The translations under genes were made by a program, and so were the position numbers. A DNA stretch of 64,000 nt from positions 69,184-133,183 of the forward strand of contig MQRK01202454.1 of NCBI GenBank assembly GCA_001938485.1, written 5' to 3'. This DNA comes from Girardia tigrina (taxonomy: Eukaryota). Of this stretch, positions 55,701 to 64,000 are shown in pieces (positions within the stretch are counted from its first letter, which is position 1; each line of letters begins with the position of its first letter). The notes below the pieces were generated by a model. That model had not been told where the DNA came from. It saw nothing but the letters and a program-made list of their open reading frames with translations, and searched no databases.

Positions 55701-58700
55701 CATTTGATCTTGTCATTAAATTTTCTCCTTCTTTGGTGAGCTTCTCCAGAGCAGTCACGACTTGTGATATTTTTTTCACCAACACATTTTCAGCATCAGC
55801 TCGAGTGCTCCATCTGGTTTCCACAACCCGCTTGATACTTAGACCAGTCTCATGAATCNGTTCATCCCAGCGATGCGTAGATGAGGAAAAAAAGAGAACA
55901 ACCGGTCCAATGTGCCAAAACATGTAACAGATAGAACGGATATTAACGATTAATTAATCAATTAATTGTTTTTTAACGATTAAAATGTTTTAGCTTAATC
56001 AAAATTATAACCACATACTTTATACATGCTTTTGAAATTAAGCACAAATTCACAGACNNNNNNNNNNNNNNNNNNNNNNNNNNNNNNNNNNNNNNNNNNN
56101 NNNNNNNTTGCAAGATCATGAACTTGTTGAAATCTTGAATATATTTCGTCTATCAACCTGTCTATGACAAACAGCATTTCCCGTCTCAACTCAGCATCAA
56201 ATGTCAACGCTACATCAGTCGATCCCTCGCCATCCATTCTTTTCTTTTTGCGAATACGACGCTCCATACTTATCCCCATTTCAAAGCAGAGCTTNNNNNN
56301 NNNNNNNNNNNNNNNNNNNNNNNNNNNNNNNNNNNNNNNNNNNNNNNNNNNNNNNNNNNNNNNNNNNNNNNNNNAACTTTGATGCAGATTGAGCCCTTTT
56401 GTTTGAAGATACTTCTGGGCATCATTGATCTCTGGTAGAATGGAATTCCAAAGGTTCAAAAGCGATAGAAACGGAAATGACAGTACTGATGATAGGATTA
56501 AAGATGCATTTGATCTTGTCATTAAATTTTCTCCTTCTTTGGTGAGCTTCTCCAGAGCAGTCACGACTTGTGATATTTTTTTCACCAACACATTTTCAGC
56601 ATCAGCTCGAGTGCTCCATCTGGTTTCCACAACCCGCTTGATACTTAGACCAGTCTCATGAATCAGTTCATCCCAGCGATGCGTAGATGAGGAAAAAAAG
56701 AGAACAACCGGTCCAATGTGCCAAAACATGTAACAGATAGAACGGATATTAACGATTAATTAATCAATTAATTGTTTTTTAACGNNNNNNNNNNNNNNNN
56801 NNNNNNNNNNNNNNNNNNNNNNNNNNNNNNNNNNATGACAGTACTGATGATAGGATTAAAGATGCATTTGATCTTGTCATTAAATTTTCTCCTTCTTTGG
56901 TGAGCTTCTCCAGAGCAGTCACGACTTGTGATATTTTTTTCACCAACACATTTTCAGCATCAGCTCGAGTGCTCCATCTGGTTTCCACAACCCGCTTGAT
57001 ACTTAGACCAGTCTCATGAATCNNNNNNNNNNNNNNNNNNNNNNNNNNNNNNNNNNNNNNNNNNNNNNNNNNNNNNNNNNNNNNNNNNNNNNNNNNNNNN
57101 NNNNNNNNNNNNNNNNNNNNNNNNNNNNNNNNNNNNNNNNNNNNNNNNNNNNNNNNNNNNNNNNNNNNNNNNNNNNNNNNNNNNNNNNNNNNNNNNNNNN
57201 NNNNNNNNNNNNNNNNNNNNNNNACAAAGTAAGAAAATGCAATAAATAAAATCTAATAACCGGAAGTATTTAACTGAAATACAAAAATCAAAACATTGTC
57301 ATGTAATGGTAAAGAATTTGTACATATCTGGTAAGAGACAAATCTTTCAGCCCATTGGTAGTTTTCATTAAATTAGTTCATTTTAACATTCTGTTATGTC
57401 CAGTATTTCTGGTCAGATTTTTCTTCGTTTTATTTTATACATAATATTTCTCCCATTCACAAATGCTGCCCCCAACAGTCGTGCCGCCCGGGGCGGACCG
57501 CCCCCTCCGCCCCCCATACGCTACGCCACTGCCTCTATCCCATGATTTTTCGAAACCATGTACATGTTGCTAAGAAAATCACTCTACGATCTTGATATAA
57601 CTTGGAACTTCATGCAGAACCGAAAGCTTAGCGGCGCTCTAAGCACACTGCAAGACATTGGAAATGCCTTTGAGGTTATTCTAACCAGAAACATGTACAA
57701 TTGATTGATTTAAAGAAATTTTTGTATTAGCTATTAAGAACATTCAGACAAGTCGCATTTGAATTTTTATTACAACCACATTTAGTCATTATTGACTCTC
57801 AGAAAGTCTTTCATCGTTTGTCATCGTTCTAATAGTTTTTTATTCCTATCTTTAATCATGATTATTCGAACAATTTTTCTAAGTCATTTTTTAAAATATT
57901 TAACTTCTAAAAAATAATATTTTTTACCATTTCTCAGTAAATCCCAAAATAATAAAAATGTCTTCAAATTATTAAAAATGCATTTAATTTAAATTTTACT
58001 AAAAGTATTAAACTTAATTTTAATTGTTAAATTAAAAATATGAACTTATCAAATGATTATTTTAATTATGTTCGAATAGTCAATCACTTTAAATTTAAAT
58101 AAAAAATACCAATTTCCATCTGGGTTGGAGAATCACCATTCTAAATTCAACATACTCAAATCAACATATAGCATCAATACATTTACTCATTCAAACAATT
58201 TTAAATATTCCTCATAGTTGCTTTATTTATCATTAACAAATTTAATTCTTGAGTTCAAAAATATTATTGTTCCGTCCGATACCTGATACATTCATCGAAA
58301 TTTGTGATAATAGCTTGGACTTAATGTGCTGAACCCCCATTGTAATAAGATTTTATATGAGATCATTTTTTTAAATCAAAAATATATCAAAATTTCAATG
58401 TTAAATAATTTGAGACAATAAACTTTAATTGTTTTTCTGTATAATTCAGTTGGATATTTCCCGTTTATCTTAATGACAAGAATCGTAAGAAAAGGAAGGT
58501 AGTTAGTACAAGGTGGAGTGCGTGACCAGCGTTAAATATTTTAGTTCGCTCGAACAAATAAGTTGGTTATCAAACCTGACATACCAACAGTTTCTCAAAT
58601 GTCGGATTTATACTCTTGTTCTTATTAAGAAGGCTTTATAGCATATTCTTTAATTCTTTTTCATATTGCATAGGTTTATTATTTTCCTTAACATTTAATT

Positions 58701-61134
58701 AGTGAATTAATGTGTTACTAATATGTCTGATTTGTAAGTATTTAAAGATTGTTACCCTAATCAAATTCTATAACAATTAGGTCCTTCTTTTTTCCTATTT
58801 CCTTGAATGTATTTTCTTCATTTTTTTATATTTAGTAATATAAATATTTACAGCTTTCTTTAATACATTTTTTTGTCTTTTAATACGCATCCTATAATGC
58901 TTTGAATGCTATTCTATCTTTATTCTGAATAATCTAGATCACTATTTTCTTTCTTTTTTCTTCTTTTCGATTAATTCTGCTCTTATTATCTTCCAGTATT
59001 TTTTATATATTTTTGATAAATATATTCGAGTTTTTTTCTAAAAATAGATTAAAAAAATATTTTTTAAAAATATCAAATTAGGGTTCGTATGTATATTATA
59101 CGTACTTTGAATTCTCACAGTCTGTATAATTTTTTTACGGAATTAATGAGTACGTAGTGCGCCCAAAAAGCCGTGAGACTAATGTAGAAAGACTTAAGAT
59201 TTCAAAGTAACACTTTGTATTTAGAACAAGTATGGTAAATACGCATCATTTCTTAAAATAATTTCCTTGTGCACTGACACAATTTTCCCAGCGAATAACG
59301 AGGTTTTTGAAGGCGTTTTAGAAGAAATCTGGAGGCTTTTCTTCCAAAAAACTATCTACGGCGGCTCTCAAATAATGTTTGTTGTCAAACACTTGGCCGG
59401 CAGATGCTTTTTAAGATGGTTAAACAGGATAAAATCGAAGGGAGCCAAATCGGGGCTGTATGGTGGATGAGGGAGAACATTGAGCCCGCATTTGTGGTCA
59501 TGGAAATTCTGCTGGTGTGGATCGGAGATTTATCGTTTAAAAATTAGAGATCACACAATTAAAATTAATTGTATTTATCAAAAATATATATGAAGTTTAA
59601 ATGTATCTGTATCATTTCTTTACAATTATTTTTTTTAGATTAGTCTCACGAATTATTGGGCGCACCACGTATTATTCTAATATTTTGCTTCTTACTTTAG
59701 TCTTGAACTCATCACTTATTTGTTTTTTATAATTATGGGGAGTTTGCTTGAGATTTCATGTATGTTTTTCTAAACTTTTTCCGTGTATGGAATTATTGTT
59801 ATAATAATTTTAACAATTATTATTCAATTAAATATTTAATATATGATACAAAATACTTGTTTAAATTTCCAAGTTATTGAGGATACACTTTTTTATTTTT
59901 TTAATATTTTGGGCTTTTATTATTAATGATATTTACTGAAAAAGAAAGCATTTAAAACAAATTGCTTATATAAATATTTATTTTGTGATCAGTTTTCCAT
60001 TAAAGTATAATAATTTTCGTCAGTCGTGTTCCTTAACAACATGTGAAAATGTGCTTTACATATTTTATTAAACATTAAGAATAAGAAAGATTTTTCTTTA
60101 TACTTTTTTTAAAGAATATGTATATTTGTAATATTAATTCTTAAAAAATCTGAATTACTATTAGAATGTTGTCCCTTGTAGCGAAAGTATAAAAACCATA
60201 TTAAAGTAATAACAGTTTATATTGTTTATAAATATTCAAAGTCTATAAGATATTTATTAATCTTAGAAATCTCCCAATTTAATTGCTTGTGTTACTTCGA
60301 TTTTCTACAGAATAAATAAAAAATATTTGTTTTACTGCAATCTATTGATTAAATATTAAAAACTGTGGTAAAATTAATAACAATATACGATTGTTTGAGA
60401 TTTTTTTTATTTTATTAATTATATATTTTAGTAAATTTTTTTACATAATTTCCTTAAAACTGGCAAATGTTCGGTCAGTTTAAAAGTTCCGCTCCAAATA
60501 CAAAATCTTAAAATAATGAATCATCACATATAAATATGAAAATGAATAAGTATAAAAAATTATTAAGCTTGTGTAGTTTGATATAACAATAGGAAATTAA
60601 CAAGCCAATTTTAATAACTCATTGTTTAATCATTTAAAATCATTTTATACATTTAATATTTTAATAAAAAATCGTTAAGTTCTTTAAAATAAGACCACCC
60701 AAGAATAAGGTCATGGTCTTAGTTTGGGGTGGCCTTTTTTCTACGAAAACCGGTAATTATTGAAATAAATACATTTCAGGGGAAGATTGAAATGGAACTT
60801 GAATTATTAACAGAAGAGGAAGCTAAAGCAAAACCTGCCGGTTTAGGAAGAGATGAACCAAATGAGAATCCAAAACTCGATCCACCAAAGTATGATCAAT
60901 ATTAAATTAATTTAAATTAATGTATTAATTTATTTGCTCAATCACTTAAAATTGGGATTTACTTTGAAACTATCATTTATTTCTAGACGTCCAGACACAT
61001 CCTTTTTGTGGTTTACATCTCCCTGGAAAACATTCAAATTTATTATATGGAAAAATTTTAAATGGTACTTTATTGGTGGCATTATAATTACCCTTGTGGG
61101 TCTCATTGTCGTCCTTTTCATCTACTCTATACCA
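492..61134 (+). CDS. MYOF: Type-1 ferlin (myoferlin/dysferlin-like) multi-exon gene, 5'-partial; 31 exons in window
   Basis: Hand-spliced exons give one continuous frame with ferlin motifs [47 protein letters not shown], Dys[60 protein letters not shown] and a TM helix. The symbol is approximate: likely co-ortholog of vertebrate MYOF/DYSF/FER1L5. Confidence 0.97.
1831..2651 (+). mobile_element. internally deleted Tc1/mariner-superfamily element inserted in (TA)n
   Basis: ~60-bp near-perfect TIRs AGGGGTGGCCATAAGTCGCTTTACCCAGTTTT...; TA repeats on both sides; N-terminal transposase remnant [17 protein letters not shown]. Confidence 0.9.
2784..2887 (+). CDS. ferlin exon (C2C)
   Basis: (M)[34 protein letters not shown]; AG/GT sites, phase 1->0. 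Confidence 0.92.
4146..7258 (-). mobile_element. decayed hAT transposon (TTF zinc finger/DUF4371-type transposase, C-terminal dimerisation domain)
   Basis: Broken ORFs 5869-6759, 5141-5662, 4835-5134, 4418-4828 ([20 protein letters not shown]); imperfect TIRs CAGCCCCGCACC/CAGGCCCATACC; 8-bp TSD GTAGAGAG (4138-4145) / GTAGAAAG (7259-7266). Confidence 0.88.
7481..7549 (+). CDS. ferlin exon (C2C)
   Basis: [23 protein letters not shown]; tttag|...cag|gtatt. Confidence 0.9.
7588..10870 (-). mobile_element. decayed Gypsy/Ty3 LTR retrotransposon (gag knuckle-PR-RT-RH-IN)
   Basis: [14 protein letters not shown] knuckle; ALIDSGCS protease; [10 protein letters not shown] and YIDD RT; [11 protein letters not shown] RNase H; ALWWYNNTP integrase; many stops and frameshifts. 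Confidence 0.88.
9908..10497. mobile_element. solo-LTR-like insertion (family A) nested in the Gypsy protease region; spans a gap
   Basis: Ends TATTAAC...TTCCTCACA; TSD ATCCA on both sides; removal rejoins LIGMD|VISELG. Confidence 0.72.
10875..10995 (-). mobile_element. short LINE reverse-transcriptase fragment
   Basis: Minus strand reads [14 protein letters not shown], matching the non-LTR RT motif KAFDxVxH. Confidence 0.5.
11466..11509 (+). CDS. ferlin exon (C2C)
   Basis: [14 protein letters not shown](W), a conserved ferlin motif; ttcag| ... |gttagt. Confidence 0.92.
12889..13374. mobile_element. solo-LTR-like insertion (family A)
   Basis: TATTAAG...TTCCTCACA with TSD GAGGG; closely similar to 57732-58216. 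Confidence 0.78.
13808..13884 (+). CDS. ferlin exon (C2C)
   Basis: (W)[25 protein letters not shown](G); phase 2->1. Confidence 0.9.
14343..14669. mobile_element. young Tc1/mariner-type element, interior in gap
   Basis: Perfect TIRs of at least 113 bp starting CAGGGTGGCCCAATGGG; TA TSD. Confidence 0.88.
14830..16150 (-). mobile_element. decayed Chapaev3-like (CMC) DNA transposase
   Basis: Remnant motifs [55 protein letters not shown]; boundaries approximate. Confidence 0.75.
16230..16930 (-). mobile_element. RTE-like LINE reverse-transcriptase remnant
   Basis: [26 protein letters not shown] and LFNLVF motifs, heavily frameshifted. Confidence 0.6.
17014..17234 (+). CDS. ferlin exon (C2C end)
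   Basis: (G)[47 protein letters not shown]...LLKSQ. Confidence 0.95.
17358..17660 (+). CDS. ferlin exon (C2-FerA region)
   Basis: [48 protein letters not shown]; donor gtgagt. Confidence 0.95.
17959..18660 (-). mobile_element. deleted mariner element
   Basis: [33 protein letters not shown] and C-terminal [18 protein letters not shown]; TIR-like TAGGGTGATTCA related to the 40075 element. Confidence 0.8.
18947..20408 (+). mobile_element. old Tc1-like element remnant
   Basis: Degenerate TIRs (tatgggttgtcctaaaagtcacgacc / ggtcttgacttttgtaacaccatgta); coding capacity largely lost. Confidence 0.45.
20861..20967 (+). CDS. ferlin exon (FerA)
   Basis: [35 protein letters not shown](S); followed by a 45-nt in-frame GT-AG intron. 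Confidence 0.82.
21013..21208 (+). CDS. ferlin exon (FerA)
   Basis: [24 protein letters not shown]...LRNLAVE. Confidence 0.88.
21256..21408 (+). CDS. ferlin exon (FerB)
   Basis: [45 protein letters not shown]. Confidence 0.94.
21950..22700 (+). mobile_element. Penelope-like element 3' remnant (GIY-YIG endonuclease + terminal hammerhead motif)
   Basis: NGYSKFFI thumb motif; [43 protein letters not shown]; CTGAAGATGAC...TCGAAG at 22662-22689. Confidence 0.8.
22965..23108 (+). CDS. ferlin exon (FerB end)
   Basis: [37 protein letters not shown]. Confidence 0.92.
23154..23538 (+). CDS. ferlin exon (DysF N-terminal halves)
   Basis: [44 protein letters not shown](G). Confidence 0.96.
23582..23712 (+). 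CDS. ferlin exon (inner DysF C-half)
   Basis: (G)[43 protein letters not shown]. Confidence 0.94.
24203..26450 (-). mobile_element. truncated Gypsy/Ty3 retrotransposon (gag-PR-RT), GC-rich
   Basis: [14 protein letters not shown] knuckle; RLIDTGCS protease; [31 protein letters not shown]. Confidence 0.9.
27225..27361. repeat. AT-rich tandem duplication (~66-bp unit x2)
   Basis: aaataaatttttagtttt(t)aatgtgaaaattatttaataaatttgcaagattttaaa occurs twice in tandem. Confidence 0.7.
27620..28500 (+). mobile_element. pogo/Tigger-like transposase remnant (CENP-B HTH + DDE_1)
   Basis: [39 protein letters not shown]. Confidence 0.82.
29359..29532 (+). CDS. ferlin exon (outer DysF C-half)
   Basis: [44 protein letters not shown]. 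Confidence 0.93.
29603..29722 (+). CDS. putative ferlin cassette exon (acidic linker, 120 nt, phase 0/0)
   Basis: aaaag|[40 protein letters not shown]|gtaagg; open frame, no conserved motif. Confidence 0.6.
30679..31960. mobile_element. probable Tigger/pogo-type non-autonomous element
   Basis: TA|CAGTATATTCGGTTATAATAA end with repeated CGG(T/A/C)TAT(A/T)ATAA subterminal motifs near 30690-30880 and 31930-31955; right end unclear. Confidence 0.45.
35499..35541 (+). CDS. ferlin exon (pre-C2D)
   Basis: [14 protein letters not shown](K); phase 0->1, required to join the next exon. Confidence 0.8.
35592..35881 (+). CDS. ferlin exon (C2D)
   Basis: [56 protein letters not shown]. Confidence 0.96.
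36085..36800 (-). mobile_element. Tc1/mariner (rosa/DD41D-like) transposase remnant
   Basis: Frameshifted [42 protein letters not shown]. Confidence 0.7.
38365..38484 (+). CDS. ferlin exon (C2D end)
   Basis: [40 protein letters not shown]. Confidence 0.94.
38535..38961 (+). CDS. ferlin exon (C2 domain after C2D)
   Basis: [58 protein letters not shown]. Confidence 0.95.
39003..39094 (+). CDS. putative ferlin linker exon
   Basis: 41-nt intron then (A)[30 protein letters not shown]|gtaatt; phase 1->0. Confidence 0.7.
39138..39495 (+). CDS. putative ferlin linker exon (alternative donor possible at 39234)
   Basis: 43-nt intron, then 358 nt open frame [18 protein letters not shown](V)|gtaaat, in frame with ORF 39180-39539; phase 0->1. 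Confidence 0.55.
40075..41293 (-). mobile_element. young mariner element, about 1.2 kb, mostly in gap
   Basis: 28-bp perfect TIR TTAGGGTGAGTCATAAGTTGTGGGGCAC, TA TSD; N-term [10 protein letters not shown]-term [25 protein letters not shown]. Confidence 0.92.
42374..42420 (+). CDS. putative ferlin linker exon
   Basis: taacag|(V)[15 protein letters not shown]|gtagac; phase 1->0 restores the frame. Confidence 0.55.
42502..42612 (+). CDS. putative ferlin linker exon with polybasic/Phe cluster
   Basis: ttgtag|[37 protein letters not shown]|gtattt; phase 0/0. Confidence 0.68.
42883..42929 (-). ncRNA. Penelope-type minimal hammerhead ribozyme motif (degenerate)
   Basis: AGTTGTT-CTGAAGA-T-AACGGTTAATCAGTC-GAAA-TTAA-TA-AACAATT; 7-bp stem I, palindromic tetraloop in place of stem III. 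Confidence 0.6.
42954..44673 (-). mobile_element. full-length IR/DR-type Tc1 (DD34E) transposon with intron-containing, frameshifted transposase
   Basis: ~210-bp IRs with internal direct repeats, TA TSD; [25 protein letters not shown]; GT-AG intron at 43894-43945. Confidence 0.92.
46030..46990 (-). mobile_element. Penelope-like reverse transcriptase remnant
   Basis: [27 protein letters not shown] motifs of PLE RT. Confidence 0.82.
47578..48139. mobile_element. hAT-type MITE
   Basis: TIR CAGGGC(C/A)TTTTT; perfect 8-bp TSD AGATGAAC (47570-47577, 48140-48147). Confidence 0.88.
48251..48303 (+). ncRNA. Penelope-type minimal hammerhead ribozyme motif (degenerate)
   Basis: CAGTTGTT-CTGAAGA-T-GAC..ATC-GAAA-TTAA-TA-AACTGGTT; inverted homolog of the 42.9-kb copy. 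Confidence 0.55.
49629..49646 (+). CDS. putative 18-nt ferlin microexon (ECISDA)
   Basis: ttctttag|GAATGTATTTCCGATGCG|gtaagt: consensus donor, phase 0/0, 155 nt upstream of the IDWWSK exon. Confidence 0.55.
49802..49915 (+). CDS. ferlin exon
   Basis: [38 protein letters not shown]. Confidence 0.93.
49961..50245 (+). CDS. ferlin exon (start of penultimate C2)
   Basis: [55 protein letters not shown]. Confidence 0.95.
51370..51601. mobile_element. piggyBac-type MITE (232 bp)
   Basis: 13-bp perfect TIR CCCTACAATGCGC flanked by TTAA on both sides. Confidence 0.88.
52534..53088 (+). CDS. ferlin exon (penultimate C2)
   Basis: [60 protein letters not shown]. Confidence 0.96.
53130..53312 (+). CDS. 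ferlin exon (last C2 start)
   Basis: [45 protein letters not shown]; followed by a 51-nt in-frame intron. Confidence 0.93.
53364..53789 (+). CDS. ferlin exon (last C2)
   Basis: [55 protein letters not shown]|gtaagt. Confidence 0.96.
54216..54633. mobile_element. solo-LTR-like insertion (family A)
   Basis: TATTAAG...TTCCTCACA with TSD CCTCT. Confidence 0.75.
54642..57531 (-). mobile_element. young hAT transposon, partly mis-assembled
   Basis: Perfect TIR CAGTGGCGTAGC; 8-bp TSD CCTCTATC; ETRWSTR and [23 protein letters not shown]. Confidence 0.92.
57732..58216. mobile_element. solo-LTR-like insertion (family A)
   Basis: Closely similar to 12889-13374; ends TATTAAG...TTCCTCATA; TSD not recognisable. 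Confidence 0.68.
58600..59050 (-). mobile_element. possible Penelope-like N-terminal RT remnant
   Basis: [15 protein letters not shown] resembles the PLE DIVI..ADKGN motif; heavily decayed. Confidence 0.4.
59153..59669 (-). mobile_element. internally deleted mariner
   Basis: ~30-bp TIRs CGT(A/G)GTGCGCCCAA..CGTGAGACTAAT, TA TSD; [24 protein letters not shown]. Confidence 0.85.
60780..60889 (+). CDS. ferlin exon (Ferlin C-terminal)
   Basis: [36 protein letters not shown](K). Confidence 0.95.
60987..61134 (+). CDS. ferlin exon encoding the C-terminal transmembrane helix
   Basis: [49 protein letters not shown]|gtaagg. Confidence 0.94.
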
Positions 61135-62689
61135 GTAAGGAATTTTACTAATTTTATAATTCGATATTTTTACTATGAATAAATTTTCCTCTTGTTTAAA
61201 AGGATGTATGTTATTTTTAAGACACTTGAATTTAAAATAAATTTTATTTGTTCGCAAATGAAGTGAGTAAATGAAATTTATTGGCACATCAGTGTTAGAT
61301 CCGAACAAGCAAGACACTTTTGGCTTCTTTTGACGTCTCTAATCCAAAAGATTAAGATAATGTAACAAATTTAAATTTAGAAAAATATAAAGGGTGATAT
61401 AGATTTGTGAGTATGAGCATTTTGAGAATGCTAGAGGGATAGACTTCCTAGTGTAAGAAATTTTAATCATTTTTGAATTTATTGACAATAGTCGTTCCTA
61501 TAACACATAGGTTCTCAACTTTTGCAGACAAAATAATTCTTGAGAAATATCATGATCTCCCTTTATCCCCTTTGCAATTTTTCAAGATTTAGAAACATTC
61601 GCAGTGCAATAATATAATTGTAAAACAAGTTTATTTACAATGAACATCAATAATTATTTTGGTACAAAATCGATGCGAAATTTGAATCAGTTTCTGTTTG
61701 CACAGTTTTTCTATATTCGGATCAATAGATGTTGATTTCAACAACTATGTTTTGTCATTAACAAAAGATCAAAGAGACTGAAGGGCTTAGGTAGTCAGAC
61801 TGGGAAATCTGGACCCTAAGATTTTGAAAACAGCTACGACTTTCATTAGGGAGAAATAATTGTAAATAATAATAATATTGATATTTATTCAGTAAGTCTT
61901 TTACGAAATGTCGCATCCTTGTTAAACCAATGAGAATGAGATTAAATTGTCAGCGGCGTTAGACTTAAGACAAAGAAACACAGTTTTTTGGAATGATGCA
62001 AGATAGATTAGGGGATATTCCCACATAAGAGGTGGTTTCGCTTGCATGTTAATGATGGAAAACTTAAGGTTTGGACTCATAAGGAAGCCGTAACCGTTTT
62101 GTTATTTTTATACCCCCTTGGATACATGAACCATTTGTTGAGAACCAATGCATATTCGGATAATATGTATGTTCCTAATTAGGAAAATGTGTACTTTTAT
62201 GGGCCTTTAAGATACGTTTAGTTTATAAAAGGATGAAATTAAAAAAAAAATAAATACATGCTTGACAAAAAAGTACTTAAAAGATAAATAGTCTCAGTAT
62301 TATAATGGTAAAGAGATCAGATAATCACTTGATAGGTAACATAATAAGTGAAAACATAAATTTTTCAATAAATATATACTTAAATTAAATTACAATTTTA
62401 ATTACAAAAGAATAAAACCATTATAATGCCAACTTTTTATTCGAATTCATGTTTCGCAACTCTTTTAGCATCATAAGTTTTTTAATTCCATAAACAACTG
62501 TTGTATATTTACTACACAAATTCATATGTATTCGGATATGTAAAATAAATTTTATTATAAATTTTAAATTATGAATAATATAATAATTATTATTTGTATT
62601 ATAGATGAAGTAATTTGATTTTTTACGATAATCTAAATATAATTTTAAAATAATTTTAAAAATCAAATAAAAGAGTTAAATATTATAAA

Positions 62690-63930
62690 TTTTATTTGTA
62701 ACTAAAAATTTGTTCTCTTATTCTAATGAATTCAGACATCTACTTTTCCATTGAAAAAAATGCGGACACTGATTAAGAAAATATAATATAAATGTAGATT
62801 ATGAATTATTTTAAATTCAATATGGATTATTAGTAAAAACACATGTAGTTATTATTTTTTAAATATTTGAGTTGATTTGATTTTCGTTTCTTTTAAAATA
62901 ATCTTTGTGAAAAAAAAGATGGAAACTGAAATGTCTGAGAAAATATTTGCCATGCATGTTAAAAGAAAACAGTAAGAAAATTTTCAAACATTTTAGAGAT
63001 AAGTAAGTCGACGGTGTTAGATAACATTAAAAAAAAGCTAAATATCGTCAAAATTACTCCTCGGTAAAGAAATATGGATGACCAAAGTTGACTTCCGTTA
63101 CTGATAACAAGTGTTTGAAGATACCGTCGTACTACTGTTCAAGTAATCTACGAGAAATAAAATATTTAAACAGGGTTTTATTCTTCTCCGTTCACTTGTC
63201 TACATCGAATACATGAATTCTTCATTCATTTTAAAAGATGAGATTTTCTTAATGGAATATAAGCATTATGTAACATGTTATTAGGCTAAAAGCAAACAGT
63301 TTCTGTCACTAAATGGAAAATGGGTCTTTAGACTTTTTACCGAGTCATCATTATTGGACTGTTTAAACTGAACTCTGAAATTTTCAGAGAGAGTAATGAT
63401 TTTGGGTTATATGACAAGCACAAAACCTGACAGTTTGAACTTTATAGAGGGCACAATGAATTCTTCAAAGTATACCGAGATATTAAAGGAAAGTCTCATC
63501 CCATCTATTGGACAATATTTTGACAATTAAGATTTCATTTTTTGACAAGATGGATCATCTTGTTATACATCTAAGTTTACAAAAACTTTGATAATGAAAA
63601 ATAAGATTTACTTCTGGAAATGGCTTTCAGGCAGCCTAGATTTCAGTTCACTAGCGAATGTTTTGGCAATTATAAAAAAAAGAATTACGGAAAAAATGTC
63701 CTAAAGATAAAATTGATTTGAAGAATAAAATTTTAGCAATATGGAATAGTTTTCGCGTGGATAAATGTCAGGATTTATATAATTCAATGAAAAGAAGAAT
63801 GGAAAATGTCATAAAAGCAAAGAGTGATGTTGCAAGATTTTAGATAGTAGTTGTCCGAATTCTTTCGAATTTCAAAGCGGTTGTCTGAAGTATTTTGAAT
63901 TAGATAAGAAATTTTTAAATGCGATTAAAA
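62690..63930 (+). mobile_element. old Tc1-like transposon remnant
   Basis: IEGTMNSSKYTEIL, F*QDGSSCYTSK, LYNSMKRRMENVIKAK; degenerate IRs; may extend past the window. Confidence 0.75.
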
Positions 63931-64000
63931 TTTTTATTATTTAACTTTTAATTTGATTTCTTCAAATTATTTTAGAATTGTATTTAGATTAAAGTAAAAT

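Noticed and set aside
55063-57022. Apparent tandem triplication of the hAT transposase segment
   Set aside because: Copies are essentially identical and bounded by N gaps, so most likely an assembly artefact.
54634-58216. Family-A copies at 54.2 kb and 57.7 kb as paired LTRs of one element with polypurine tract GGGATAGAGG
   Set aside because: The 54216-54633 copy has its own TSD (CCTCT), and the two copies are too divergent to be an LTR pair.
62736-62786. Candidate terminal ferlin exon TSTFPLKKMRTLIKKI*
   Set aside because: It lies within the degenerate inverted repeat of the Tc1 remnant.
1-64000. CRISPR array, tRNA/rRNA genes or prokaryotic operon
   Set aside because: No regularly spaced repeats or recognisable structural RNA genes; the region is a spliced eukaryotic gene.

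Overview
AT-rich animal genomic DNA with assembly gaps. The organism is an invertebrate; a triclad flatworm is plausible but cannot be proven from sequence. The window is almost entirely one + strand gene: a type-1 (DysF-containing) ferlin of the myoferlin/dysferlin group. I spliced 31 GT-AG exons by hand (492-61134, 5638 nt, about 1,880 codons, all phases consistent), covering C2C, FerA, FerB, DysF, C2D, the later C2 domains and the C-terminal transmembrane helix. The N-terminus lies upstream of the window and the last exon is unresolved. Introns are bimodal: 41-155 nt, or 1.5-7 kb packed with transposon relics (hAT, Tc1/mariner, pogo, Chapaev3-like, piggyBac MITE, Gypsy, RTE-like LINE, Penelope). 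Best leads: (i) a modular ~208-aa exon block with an 18-nt microexon and a basic/Phe cluster at the position of dysferlin exon 40a; (ii) Penelope-type minimal hammerhead motifs in the introns; (iii) a strand-specific 17-bp GNRA hairpin over the stop codon of an orphan ORF; (iv) a solo-LTR-like family with 5-bp TSDs and non-canonical TA...CA ends; (v) retained -1 frameshift signals in two Gypsy relics. No prokaryote-style system or CRISPR array is present.
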